Positions 23,101 through 31,348 of a stretch of DNA of 32,000 bases are shown here, piece by piece; position 1 is the stretch's first letter, and each line of letters opens with the position of its first letter. The notes under the pieces were generated by a model. The model saw nothing but the letters and a program-made list of their open reading frames with translations. It was not told where the DNA came from and searched no databases. The stretch is from Halomicronema hongdechloris C2206 (GTDB lineage Bacteria > Cyanobacteriota > Cyanobacteriia > Phormidesmidales > Phormidesmidaceae), in assembly GCF_002075285.3 (NCBI RefSeq), contig NZ_CP021983.2, positions 2,220,001 through 2,252,000 of the forward strand, given 5' to 3'. The position numbers were made by a program, and so were the translations under genes.

Positions 23101-24768
23101 ATGACTACATCTCTGATTAAACCAGCCATAAACTCTCGAGACACGATTCGAGTCAATGCTCTCCACGCTCTAGCCTACTGTCCCCGCCTGTACTACTTGG
23201 AAGACGTGGAAGAACTCTATACCCAAGATGCAGCCGTCTTTGCGGGGCGTCGCCTACATGTGGAACTAGAAAAGGGGGAAGACGAAGAGTGGGTTCATCT
23301 GGTGCTAGAGAGTGCCGACCTGGGTTTGCGGGGCAAGGTTGATGCCCTAAAAACTCGAAATCGTCAGACCATTCCCTACGAACACAAGCGAGGACGCTGC
23401 TATCGGGACAGAGACAACAAACCCCAGCCATGGCAGAGCGATCGCATCCAGATTCTGGCCTATGCCTGTCTGATTGAGGCGGCCCTAGGTATCACCGTTC
23501 CCGAGGGCCGTATTCGCTACCATGCCGATAATGTGTTGGTTCATGTTCTTCTAGACGATCAGGGGCGCCAGGAGGTTAGGGAAGCAGTCGCCCGTGCTTG
23601 GCAATTGCGCCAATCCACCCAGCGACCTCCCGTCACCTCTAATGAGCGGTTATGTGCCCGTTGCTCCCTGGCCCCTGTTTGTTTACCAGAGGAAACACGA
23701 CTGGTACAAGGGCAGTCACATCAGCCCAGACGCCTATTTCCAGAAGATGACGAGCGCAAAATCATCCATGTCACCGAGGCGGGTACCCGCATTAGTAAGA
23801 GCGGTGACCAATTCAAAATCACGAAGCGCGATGGTGACGCCACAGCTATTCCCTCTCGCCAGGTAGGGCAACTGGTGCTCCACAGCTATGCTCAGATCTC
23901 GACCCAGGCCATCTACTTCTGTGCCGACCAAGAGGTGGGCCTACACTTTATCTCAGGGGGTGGGCGATATCTGGGTAGCTTCGATACTCGCCAAGGGAGT
24001 ATTCAGCGGCGTATCCGACAGTATGAAGCCCTGACCCAGCCTGAGGTTTGTCTGAAATTAGCGCGTCAGCTGGTGGTCTGTCGAGGCCAGAGCCAGCGTA
24101 AGTTCCTGATGCGAGGGCAACGCAGTTTAGAGGTAGCCAATCATGCACTAGAACAGGCGATTGATCAGATGCAGCGGACCTTGAAACAAGTGCCCAAGGC
24201 AGAGTCCGCGACTTCGCTGCTGGGTCTGGAGGGTAATCTAGCCGCCCTTTACTTCGGAGCATTGCCCCACTTAATCGCTGAAAATGCGGTGGCTGACTTT
24301 CAGTTCGATGGCCGCAACCGTCGCCCTCCCAAGGATCGCATCAATGCCATGCTCAGCTTTGGCTATGCCCTGCTACTAAAAGATGTCATGAACGCGATTT
24401 TGACCGTCGGTCTAGAACCAGCTCTAGGCTTCTACCATCAGCCCCGCACCCAAGCTCCACCCCTGGCCCTTGATTTGATGGAGATCTTCAGAGTGCCGCT
24501 GGTGGACATGCCTGTGATGGCCTCGGTGAATCGGAATCAATGGGATATCGCCGATGATTTTATCCGTCGCGGTGAGCAGGTATGGCTCAGCGATTCAGGG
24601 CGCCGTAAGTTCATCAGCCTGTACGAGCGCCGCAAGGAGGAAAGCTGGAAGCACCCAGTCACCCACTATTCCCTGACCTATCGTCGTCTGATTGAGCTGG
24701 AGGTGCGCCTACTCGAAAAAGAATGGATGGACGAAGGCGGATTGTTTGCTCAGCTTGTGATTCGATGA
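23101..24768 (+). CDS. cas4-cas1: Cas4-Cas1 fusion protein (adaptation)
   Basis: The N-terminal Cas4/RecB nuclease has YCPRLYYL, GKVDAL...YEHKRG and CARCSLAPVC. The C-terminal Cas1 has LLGLEGNLAALYF, NAMLSFGYALL and PALGFYHQPR...LALDLMEIFR. GGGAG precedes ATG 23101. Confidence 0.95.
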   Translation: MTTSLIKPAINSRDTIRVNALHALAYCPRLYYLEDVEELYTQDAAVFAGRRLHVELEKGEDEEWVHLVLESADLGLRGKVDALKTRNRQTIPYEHKRGRCYRDRDNKPQPWQSDRIQILAYACLIEAALGITVPEGRIRYHADNVLVHVLLDDQGRQEVREAVARAWQLRQSTQRPPVTSNERLCARCSLAPVCLPEETRLVQGQSHQPRRLFPEDDERKIIHVTEAGTRISKSGDQFKITKRDGDATAIPSRQVGQLVLHSYAQISTQAIYFCADQEVGLHFISGGGRYLGSFDTRQGSIQRRIRQYEALTQPEVCLKLARQLVVCRGQSQRKFLMRGQRSLEVANHALEQAIDQMQRTLKQVPKAESATSLLGLEGNLAALYFGALPHLIAENAVADFQFDGRNRRPPKDRINAMLSFGYALLLKDVMNAILTVGLEPALGFYHQPRTQAPPLALDLMEIFRVPLVDMPVMASVNRNQWDIADDFIRRGEQVWLSDSGRRKFISLYERRKEESWKHPVTHYSLTYRRLIELEVRLLEKEWMDEGGLFAQLVIR

Positions 24769-24777
24769 GGCGAAACC

Positions 24778-25071
24778 ATGGCTGAGAGCAAGAACTACTA
24801 CCTCATCTGCTACGACATCCGCGATCCCAAGCGTTGGCGTAGGGCTTACAAGCTGCTGAAAGGCTATGGTGAAACGATTCAGTATTCCATCTTTCGAGTG
24901 CGGTTGAATCAGCGTGAGCGGGAACAACTGCGATGGAAGTTGGAGAAGATTCTCACGGAGGAGGATAGCTTGCTGATTGCGGGGCTCTGTCAACGTTGCG
25001 TTGAGCGTATTGAAGCCTGTAATCGTCCAGAGTCCTGGGAGGTCGAGCACGACATGCACCAGATTCTCTGA
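24778..25071 (+). CDS. cas2: Cas2
   Basis: 97 aa. YLICYDIRDPKRWRRAYKLLKGYGETIQYSIFRVRL is the canonical Cas2 N-terminal pattern. Confidence 0.95.
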   Translation: MAESKNYYLICYDIRDPKRWRRAYKLLKGYGETIQYSIFRVRLNQREREQLRWKLEKILTEEDSLLIAGLCQRCVERIEACNRPESWEVEHDMHQIL

Positions 25072-25319
25072 TGCAAGGATCTCTGATTGTCGAGAAGTAT
25101 CCGGCTGCTCGTGTCCTCAGAGCCCTGTTCAGGTCGGTCATTATGGCCGGTTGATTGATGTTTGAGGTGCTTGCAGGAGGCAAAAGCCTTATGAAATGGA
25201 CTTTCTGAACGATACGCAGTCGGATAAAATAGACAGTAAGGTTTAGCGATCTAAAGATCATGGTCTACCTTGCAAAACCAGTTGGGAGCGCTTGTGTAGT
25301 CAGGGTTTTCGAGGTCGCA
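25072..25319 (+). promoter_or_regulatory. CRISPR leader
   Basis: Non-coding stretch between cas2 and the first repeat. The degenerate repeats lie at the opposite end of the array, which places the leader here. Confidence 0.65.
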
Positions 25320-27367
25320 CCGCCAAACCTCTGATGCCGCAAGGCGTTGAGCACGTTGAGGGCGCATCAGTCAAAACTGATCGAGGTCGCCGCCAAACCT
25401 CTGATGCCGCAAGGCGTTGAGCACCGAAGCCGCTAAACAGGGTACTGCAACGGGTATCCAGCCGCCAAACCTCTGATGCCGCAAGGCGTTGAGCACAGTT
25501 TTGGTCACGGTCCAGGGTACTGGCCCAGCCCCGCCAAACCTCTGATGCCGCAAGGCGTTGAGCACTCCATCCAGTTCCCCTTCTCTGGCAATGCCAGCCT
25601 CCGCCAAACCTCTGATGCCGCAAGGCGTTGAGCACGGGATGGTCGTCAGGGTGATGATAGCACCAATCCAGATCCGCCAAACCTCTGATGCCGCAAGGCG
25701 TTGAGCACGGGGGCAGTGTCCCGGGACGTTCTACGACATAAGGGCCGCCAAACCTCTGATGCCGCAAGGCGTTGAGCACATATAGCGCAATTCGATCGGG
25801 CGCTTCTTCGAGGCCGCCAAACCTCTGATGCCGCAAGGCGTTGAGCACTCTTTCAACTCCGATCGGATTTCGGGCTTCAACCTACCGCCAAACCTCTGAT
25901 GCCGCAAGGCGTTGAGCACTCCGTGCCAGCAAAAGAAATTGTCACATTTCTGTCCGCCGCCAAACCTCTGATGCCGCAAGGCGTTGAGCACTTTATCTCC
26001 TTGTCTAGGTTCTGTTGAGCCCCCTGAGACCGCCAAACCTCTGATGCCGCAAGGCGTTGAGCACTTTTCCCCCACCGCCTCCGCCTCCACCCCCTCCACC
26101 TCCGCCAAACCTCTGATGCCGCAAGGCGTTGAGCACATGTCCCGATTAACTCAGTGGCTACGTCGCCACCTGCCGCCAAACCTCTGATGCCGCAAGGCGT
26201 TGAGCACCGTGTGTTTTCCGTGGTTGATGGCGTAGGGCAGCCCCGCCAAACCTCTGATGCCGCAAGGCGTTGAGCACCCCTGCGTTCTCAAGCTATCCTG
26301 TTCTTTTTTGCGGCCGCCAAACCTCTGATGCCGCAAGGCGTTGAGCACCCATCGTAGGCATCCCGAGAAATGTCCTTAGACGACTCCACCGCCAAACCTC
26401 TGATGCCGCAAGGCGTTGAGCACATATAGCGCAATTCGATCGGGCGCTTCTTCGAGGCCGCCAAACCTCTGATGCCGCAAGGCGTTGAGCACTCTTTCAA
26501 CTCCGATCGGATTTCGGGCTTCAACCTACCGCCAAACCTCTGATGCCGCAAGGCGTTGAGCACTCCGTGCCAGCAAAAGAAATTGTCACATTTCTGTCCG
26601 CCGCCAAACCTCTGATGCCGCAAGGCGTTGAGCACTTTATCTCCTTGTCTAGGTTCTGTTGAGCCCCCTGAGACCGCCAAACCTCTGATGCCGCAAGGCG
26701 TTGAGCACGAAATTACTGTGAAAGACACAGAGGGAAAGTCCTATACCGCCAAACCTCTGATGCCGCAAGGCGTTGAGCACGACAATCGGCCTCTGCACGT
26801 TCAGTGGCGGTGGCACCCGCCAAACCTCTGATGCCGCAAGGCGTTGAGCACATGCTTTTCTCGTGGACCGTAAACGCTAGGCCCAACCGCCAAACCTCTG
26901 ATGCCGCAAGGCGTTGAGCACAATCAGTAATGCCCAATTGTTCACTACCTCTTGGGTCCGCCAAACCTCTGATGCCGCAAGGCGTTGAGCACGCACGGAT
27001 GGTACTGCGATCGCCCGAAACACTGGGCCCGCCAAACCTCTGATGCCGCAAGGCGTTGAGCACTGAGAACTTCATCGTACCAATGTTTCTTAGTCATCCC
27101 GCCAAACCTCTGATGCCGCAAGGCGTTGAGCACTAGTCCTCATCCACGTACCACTCAGGGGCGCACGTACCGCCAAACCTCTGATGCCGCAAGGCGTTGA
27201 GCACCTCCCGGGCGAGAACAGCGCGTCTACTGTTTTCTGCCGCCAAACCTCTGATGCCGCAAGGCTTTGAGCACGAAGAACAATTCAAAATTCAAAACTC
27301 AAAACTCATCGCCAAACCTCTGTTCGCGAAGCGTTGCCGCAGGCAATAGCCGCAAGGGCTTGATCAC
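25320..27367 (+). CRISPR. CRISPR array: 28 intact 35-nt repeats plus a decayed terminal repeat; 28 spacers of 34-40 nt, 24 of them unique
   Basis: Repeat CCGCCAAACCTCTGATGCCGCAAGGCGTTGAGCAC begins at 25320, 25390, 25462 ... 27240. Repeat 28 carries G to T at 27266. The last copy (27310-27367) is split and degenerate. The stem GATGCC/GGCGTT with a GCAA loop needs G.U pairs, so it forms only in the + strand transcript. Confidence 0.98.
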
Positions 27368-27410
27368 ACTTCGATTGCATCAGTAAACTTCAAAAGTCCT
27401 GGAGAATGCC

Positions 27411-27809
27411 ATGAAAATCATTTATGACCCAGAAGTTGACGTACTGAGAATCTTGTTTCGAGAAACCCCCATCAGCGAAAGCGATGCAGATGAGTCCGGC
27501 ATTATTTTCGACTTGGATGCCCAAGGCAACGTAGTGGGTTTAGAAATTCTGGATGCCTCTCAACGCATCGACGATCCTACATCCGTTAGTTACAGGGTTG
27601 CCAAGCTTACTGAGGCTGAGGTCGCTTCAGCAGAAGACACCCTGCAAAATCTGCTGATGGATCCAGATGCGGGTAAACCCGTCAAAGAAGCGATTCAGCA
27701 ACAGCTACTGCAGATGCGTGGGCGCCGTGAAAAACGCACACTATCCCTAGAAAACGCTATGGAAGCGCTGAGCTTGCCGTCTGATTCAGATATTCCTCCC
27801 GAATCATGA
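27411..27809 (+). CDS. DUF2283-domain protein with a C-terminal extension
   Basis: The N-terminus MKIIYDPEVDVLRILF ... NVVGLEILDAS is the DUF2283 pattern. The last 48 codons lie inside the 290-bp duplicated segment. Confidence 0.65.
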   Translation: MKIIYDPEVDVLRILFRETPISESDADESGIIFDLDAQGNVVGLEILDASQRIDDPTSVSYRVAKLTEAEVASAEDTLQNLLMDPDAGKPVKEAIQQQLLQMRGRREKRTLSLENAMEALSLPSDSDIPPES

Positions 27810-27952
27810 CGAAGACATTAGCCAGCTCTCGCTGGGCAACCTCAGGGGTTTGCCCCCAGGCATGACAGCCGGGAATGGCGGGAACATAAGCCACAAAGGT
27901 GCCGTTATCGTCTGGCTGCAACACGATAGTGTCATCAGGGTGCGATCGCATC
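27663..27952. repeat. 290-bp direct repeat, copy A
   Basis: Identical to 30396-30685 except at 27671 and 27680. Confidence 0.95.
27757..27951 (-). CDS. HicB-like (UPF0150) antitoxin-domain protein, copy A
   Basis: The 64-aa core GTFVAYVPAIPGCHAWGQTPEVAQRELANVFVMIREEY is typical of the HicB N-terminal domain. It is identical to copy B. The longer ORF to 28071 is not supported by copy B. Confidence 0.65.
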   Translation of the reverse strand: MRSHPDDTIVLQPDDNGTFVAYVPAIPGCHAWGQTPEVAQRELANVFVMIREEYLNQTASSALP

Positions 27953-28122
27953 GAGGTTTCCTCAATTGTCGGGGTCTCTGACCTTACTCGTTTCTCGTTG
28001 TCCCCACACCCGTGGGGGTGAACTGCCAGATGAGGACCGCAGGATTTGCAAGGGTTGGCGTTGTTCCCCAATGAATTGGGGCAGGCACAATTGCCGAGAC
28101 TCCTTATGGAAGAAAGCTAATA

Positions 28123-29269
28123 TAGCAATCCCAGTTGATTTATGAACAAGGTGAATATTCTTCTATTTTAGAAAAATCGAACTTTTGATGATCTATAAAG
28201 AACTCAAACAGATACTTTACAGCGGGGAAAGAACGACACAACCTCCAAAATCTTCTCAATGAATTTTTGGCTTGTAACCAAACATCTTCCACTGGATTTT
28301 GTTCTGGTGAATTGGGTGCAAATAGAATACATTTGAATTGCCATTCTGTCTCTTCCTTCCCATGATTGACTGTAGCTAAAAAATCTTTGATCTCTTGTGA
28401 CTTATGATAACTAGCGCCATCCCAAATTAATGCGATTTGCTTCCCAGGATTTTGTTCCTGCAAGTACTTCATAAAAGCAACTGTATTCTCTCCATTCCCT
28501 TTCTCGTAAGGATGCAAAATAAATTCTTTTGTTTGATAGTTTAATGCGCCATAATATGTTTGCCTGATTCTCTCGTTTGTAATAGGGATTTCGATTCGCA
28601 TATCTGTCTTGCCCCAGACATATCCACAAACATCACCCCAAAGGAGATGACACTCATCCAAAAAAAGTACAATCAATTCCCCAGACTCAATTTTGAACTG
28701 GTTTTGACGGATAAATCCTTGGATTTCTTCTCTTTTTTTTTGACTAGAGCTGGATCAGATTTCGGGTTGGTTTTTTGAGATTTCTTCCAACTAATACCTG
28801 CTTCCGAAAAAAGTGTATAGTAGCTTTGCTTAGACTTGTAAATCACATCATAATGTTCATCTAAATATGAAACTAATTCATCAAAGTTCCAGTAGTTTCT
28901 GGTTCTCAGCCACGAGATAATTTCTGTACGATCATCTGGGGTTAGGTAACTTTTTGATCCTTGGTAGCCGAGTTTAATACCTTCAATGCCTTGTGCTTCG
29001 AATCTGTTCTTCCAATATGTAATAAAAGACTTGTTTATTCCCAGAAATTTGGTAATCTTAAAATATGGCTCACCCTCCAATGCCATTTTTACAGCCAATG
29101 CTCGCTTAAGCTCTCTTGAATCAGGATTACTACTTATAAAGTCTGATAGAATAGCACGATTATCTACTTTTTGTTGGTGTTCTAATTGAAAACTATTCAT
29201 GAGTACAACTGTATTGACAGCTTGATGATATTTATATACTACCCATTCTAAACTCATTTAGGGTTGCTA
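28123..29269 (-). mobile_element. IS630-family insertion sequence (about 1147 bp) flanked by a TA duplication
   Basis: Imperfect terminal inverted repeats TAGCAATCCCAGTTGA (28123-) and TAGCAACCCTAAATGA (reverse complement of -29269). TA is present on both flanks (28121-28122 and 29270-29271). A DDE transposase lies inside. Confidence 0.8.
28140..29200 (-). CDS. IS630-family DDE transposase, two frames joined by a -1 frameshift at an A9 run (T-run 28733-28741 on the + strand)
   Basis: The upstream frame encodes HTH domains. The downstream frame has LFLDECH, IWDGASYHKS and PNSPEQNPVEDVW (DDE_3). Shifting -1 in the A9 run gives ...VKKKREEIQGFIRQNQFKIESGELIVLFLDECH. Confidence 0.85.
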
Positions 29270-29438
29270 TAGCCTTAAAGGGGAAAGAGTTACCGTAGAG
29301 TTCAAGCAGCGATCGCCCAAGCCAAACAGCCGCTAAGCATTTACAACAAAGCCGATCGAACTGCTGCCCTAATTGCAGGCTTCACCGCCCATCTGCGAAA
29401 AACTTAAACGCAGCACTCCGTACCTTTAGGAGATTTCT

Positions 29439-29684
29439 ATGGTTCAAGTCACCGTCAATGTGCCTGAGGAGTTTTTAGCCAACCGCGACGCCGACACCTT
29501 TGCTCGGCAGATGCAACTGGCCGCCGCCATCTACTGGTATGCCCGTGGCGAAGTCTCGATGGGCAAAGCCGCTGAGTTTGCCGGACTCAACCGCCCGGAG
29601 TTTCTTGACATCCTAGCCCACGAAAAAATTGACGTTTTCCAGGTCGATTTTGACGACTTAGAACGAGAGCTATCCCGTGACTGA
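29439..29684 (+). CDS. UPF0175-family antitoxin
   Basis: LAAAIYWYARGEVSMGKAAEFAGLNRPEFLDILAHEKI matches the UPF0175 pattern. It overlaps the downstream PIN-like gene by 8 nt. Confidence 0.7.
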   Translation: MVQVTVNVPEEFLANRDADTFARQMQLAAAIYWYARGEVSMGKAAEFAGLNRPEFLDILAHEKIDVFQVDFDDLERELSRD

Positions 29685-30180
29685 CGCTGCTTTGCCTCCG
29701 ATAATCAACACCTCACCCCTGATTTTTCTCACTAAGGCAGACTTGCTCTCTCTGTTGCAAATTCGCTACGCCACTGTTCTGGTACCCGATATTGTCGTCC
29801 AGGAAATTCGGCAATACGGACCGCTCGACAATACCGCCCAGATCCTTCAGAAAACTGATTGGCTCACTGTGGTCGAAACACCGCCTCCACTCTCCCCTGA
29901 TCTGCAAGCCTGCAACCTTGATGCCGGAGAAGCTTCTGTCTTGGCCTGGGCCTGCGCCCATCCCCCCACCGAAGCTATTTTGGATGACCTGGCGGGCCGT
30001 CGCTGTGCCCATAAACTTGGCATCCCGATTCGGGGTACCCTGGGTCTGGTGCTCGCCGCTAAGCAGCAAGGCCACATTCCCGCAGCCAAACCCGTGATCC
30101 TCAAGCTTCGCGAAACGGGCATGTATTTGAGCGATCGGGTCATCAACAAAGCCCTCGCCCTAGTGGAGGAAACCCTATGA
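29677..30180 (+). CDS. DUF3368/PIN-like nuclease toxin partner of UPF0175
   Basis: INTSPLIFL..., DAGEASVLAWA and RGTLGLVLAAKQQG are typical of the DUF3368 PIN-like family that pairs with UPF0175. Confidence 0.7.
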   Translation: MTDAALPPIINTSPLIFLTKADLLSLLQIRYATVLVPDIVVQEIRQYGPLDNTAQILQKTDWLTVVETPPPLSPDLQACNLDAGEASVLAWACAHPPTEAILDDLAGRRCAHKLGIPIRGTLGLVLAAKQQGHIPAAKPVILKLRETGMYLSDRVINKALALVEETL

Positions 30181-30395
30181 GCCTCCCTTCCTGGCATCGG
30201 CTGAAGCCAATTAGTCGGGATAGAAGGAGAAACCTTGGGAACAGTGGGTAGCCGCAATCAAGTAGACTTTTTTCCCTAACAGCTCATGCAAGATGGTGAG
30301 ACATTAAGCTTGGTCGAGAAACTGATCCGCGAATTAGGCGGTTCAGATTGCAAATTTAAGCGTGCCGTCATTGTCGCGATCGCCGATTCTAATGC

Positions 30396-30685
30396 CCAGA
30401 TGCAGGTAAACCTGTCAAAGAAGCGATTCAGCAACAGCTACTGCAGATGCGTGGGCGCCGTGAAAAACGCACACTATCCCTAGAAAACGCTATGGAAGCG
30501 CTGAGCTTGCCGTCTGATTCAGATATTCCTCCCGAATCATGACGAAGACATTAGCCAGCTCTCGCTGGGCAACCTCAGGGGTTTGCCCCCAGGCATGACA
30601 GCCGGGAATGGCGGGAACATAAGCCACAAAGGTGCCGTTATCGTCTGGCTGCAACACGATAGTGTCATCAGGGTGCGATCGCATC
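30396..30685. repeat. 290-bp direct repeat, copy B
   Basis: See copy A. Here the + strand tail ORF is cut off by a TAA at 30390-30392, so this copy contains only a gene fragment plus hicB. Confidence 0.95.
30490..30684 (-). CDS. HicB-like (UPF0150) antitoxin-domain protein, copy B
   Basis: The 64-aa product is identical to copy A. Confidence 0.65.
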   Translation of the reverse strand: MRSHPDDTIVLQPDDNGTFVAYVPAIPGCHAWGQTPEVAQRELANVFVMIREEYLNQTASSALP

Positions 30686-30792
30686 TCTACTACGTAACTG
30701 GATTCCAGATAGCGGGCTTAGCATAAAGCTTTTCTGGCAGGCATCGCGATCAAGATTCTAGAGGACACCAGCGCTGAACCAGGGCTATGTGC

Positions 30793-31137
30793 TCAGGACG
30801 CAGTTCGCTCATAGAGGATTTTCCCGTCACGCAGGGCAGGCCGCAGGATGGTGCCAACCAGCTGCCCGTACACCTCGATATCTTCAGGCGTAGTCACTAC
30901 AATATCCTTGCTGACAGGCAAATCAGCCAAAACCTGGCCAATCTCAACGGCCTTTCGTCGTTTGCTGGTCACAGTTGGCATAACCACCAGCAGATCGATA
31001 TCACTATCAGCCGTTGCCTCACCTCTGGCATAGGAGCCAAACAGAATGATTTTGAGGGGCTGAAACCGCTCAACGATGCGATTGATCATAACGTTGAGCC
31101 AATGGGCTACAGATAGATCCGGTGCAATCTTGCTCAT
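30793..31137 (-). CDS. Minimal nucleotidyltransferase (MNT/MntA-like, Pol-beta superfamily)
   Basis: ILFGSYARGEATADSDIDLLVV nucleotidyltransferase motif. 114 aa from ATG 31137. No HEPN partner ORF is adjacent. Confidence 0.8.
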   Translation of the reverse strand: MSKIAPDLSVAHWLNVMINRIVERFQPLKIILFGSYARGEATADSDIDLLVVMPTVTSKRRKAVEIGQVLADLPVSKDIVVTTPEDIEVYGQLVGTILRPALRDGKILYERTAS

Positions 31138-31348
31138 GTGAGGGTAGGAACCGTGAAGAATGGGTCCCAGCATCCTAGGGACCTTTTTCAATCAGTGTGC
31201 TGTCATTCTAGGTCATTCGCCCGCCAGCAAATAAGGCTCTTAAGGGGACACGACTGAGCATGACAACCAGAGATAGATGGCAGGCAATCGCCCTATTCCA
31301 CCCAGCCACCTCTCCTAAAATAGAAGCAGCCGACCCATTCATCTTCCC

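Noticed and set aside
25270-25300. Candidate array promoter in the leader (TTGCAA ... TGTAGT)
   Set aside because: The spacing is about 19 nt and the -10 is poor. Several other equally weak combinations exist in the leader. It cannot be called without transcription start site data.
25425-25530. Spacers 2 and 3 share the 10-mer CAGGGTACTG, and spacer 24 shares GGTACTG
   Set aside because: Given the number of spacer pairs and offsets, a single shared 10-mer is roughly what chance predicts. It is not evidence that they target the same element.
25300-27133. Many 60-180 aa ORFs on both strands across the CRISPR array (recurring peptides such as LNALRHQRFGG and CSTPCGIRGLA)
   Set aside because: They are translations of the 35-nt repeat, which lacks stop codons in several frames. 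The periodic peptide motifs follow the repeat spacing, so they are not genes.
27952-28071. 40-codon N-terminal extension of hicB-like copy A (104-aa ORF)
   Set aside because: The extension lies outside the duplicated segment and is absent from the identical copy B. Its Cys/Gly/His-rich composition looks non-coding.
30286-30483. 65-aa ORF crossing the left boundary of repeat copy B
   Set aside because: It reads the duplicated segment in a different frame from the conserved (synonymously diverged) frame of copy A. It is therefore a chimeric junction artefact, or at best a gene fragment.
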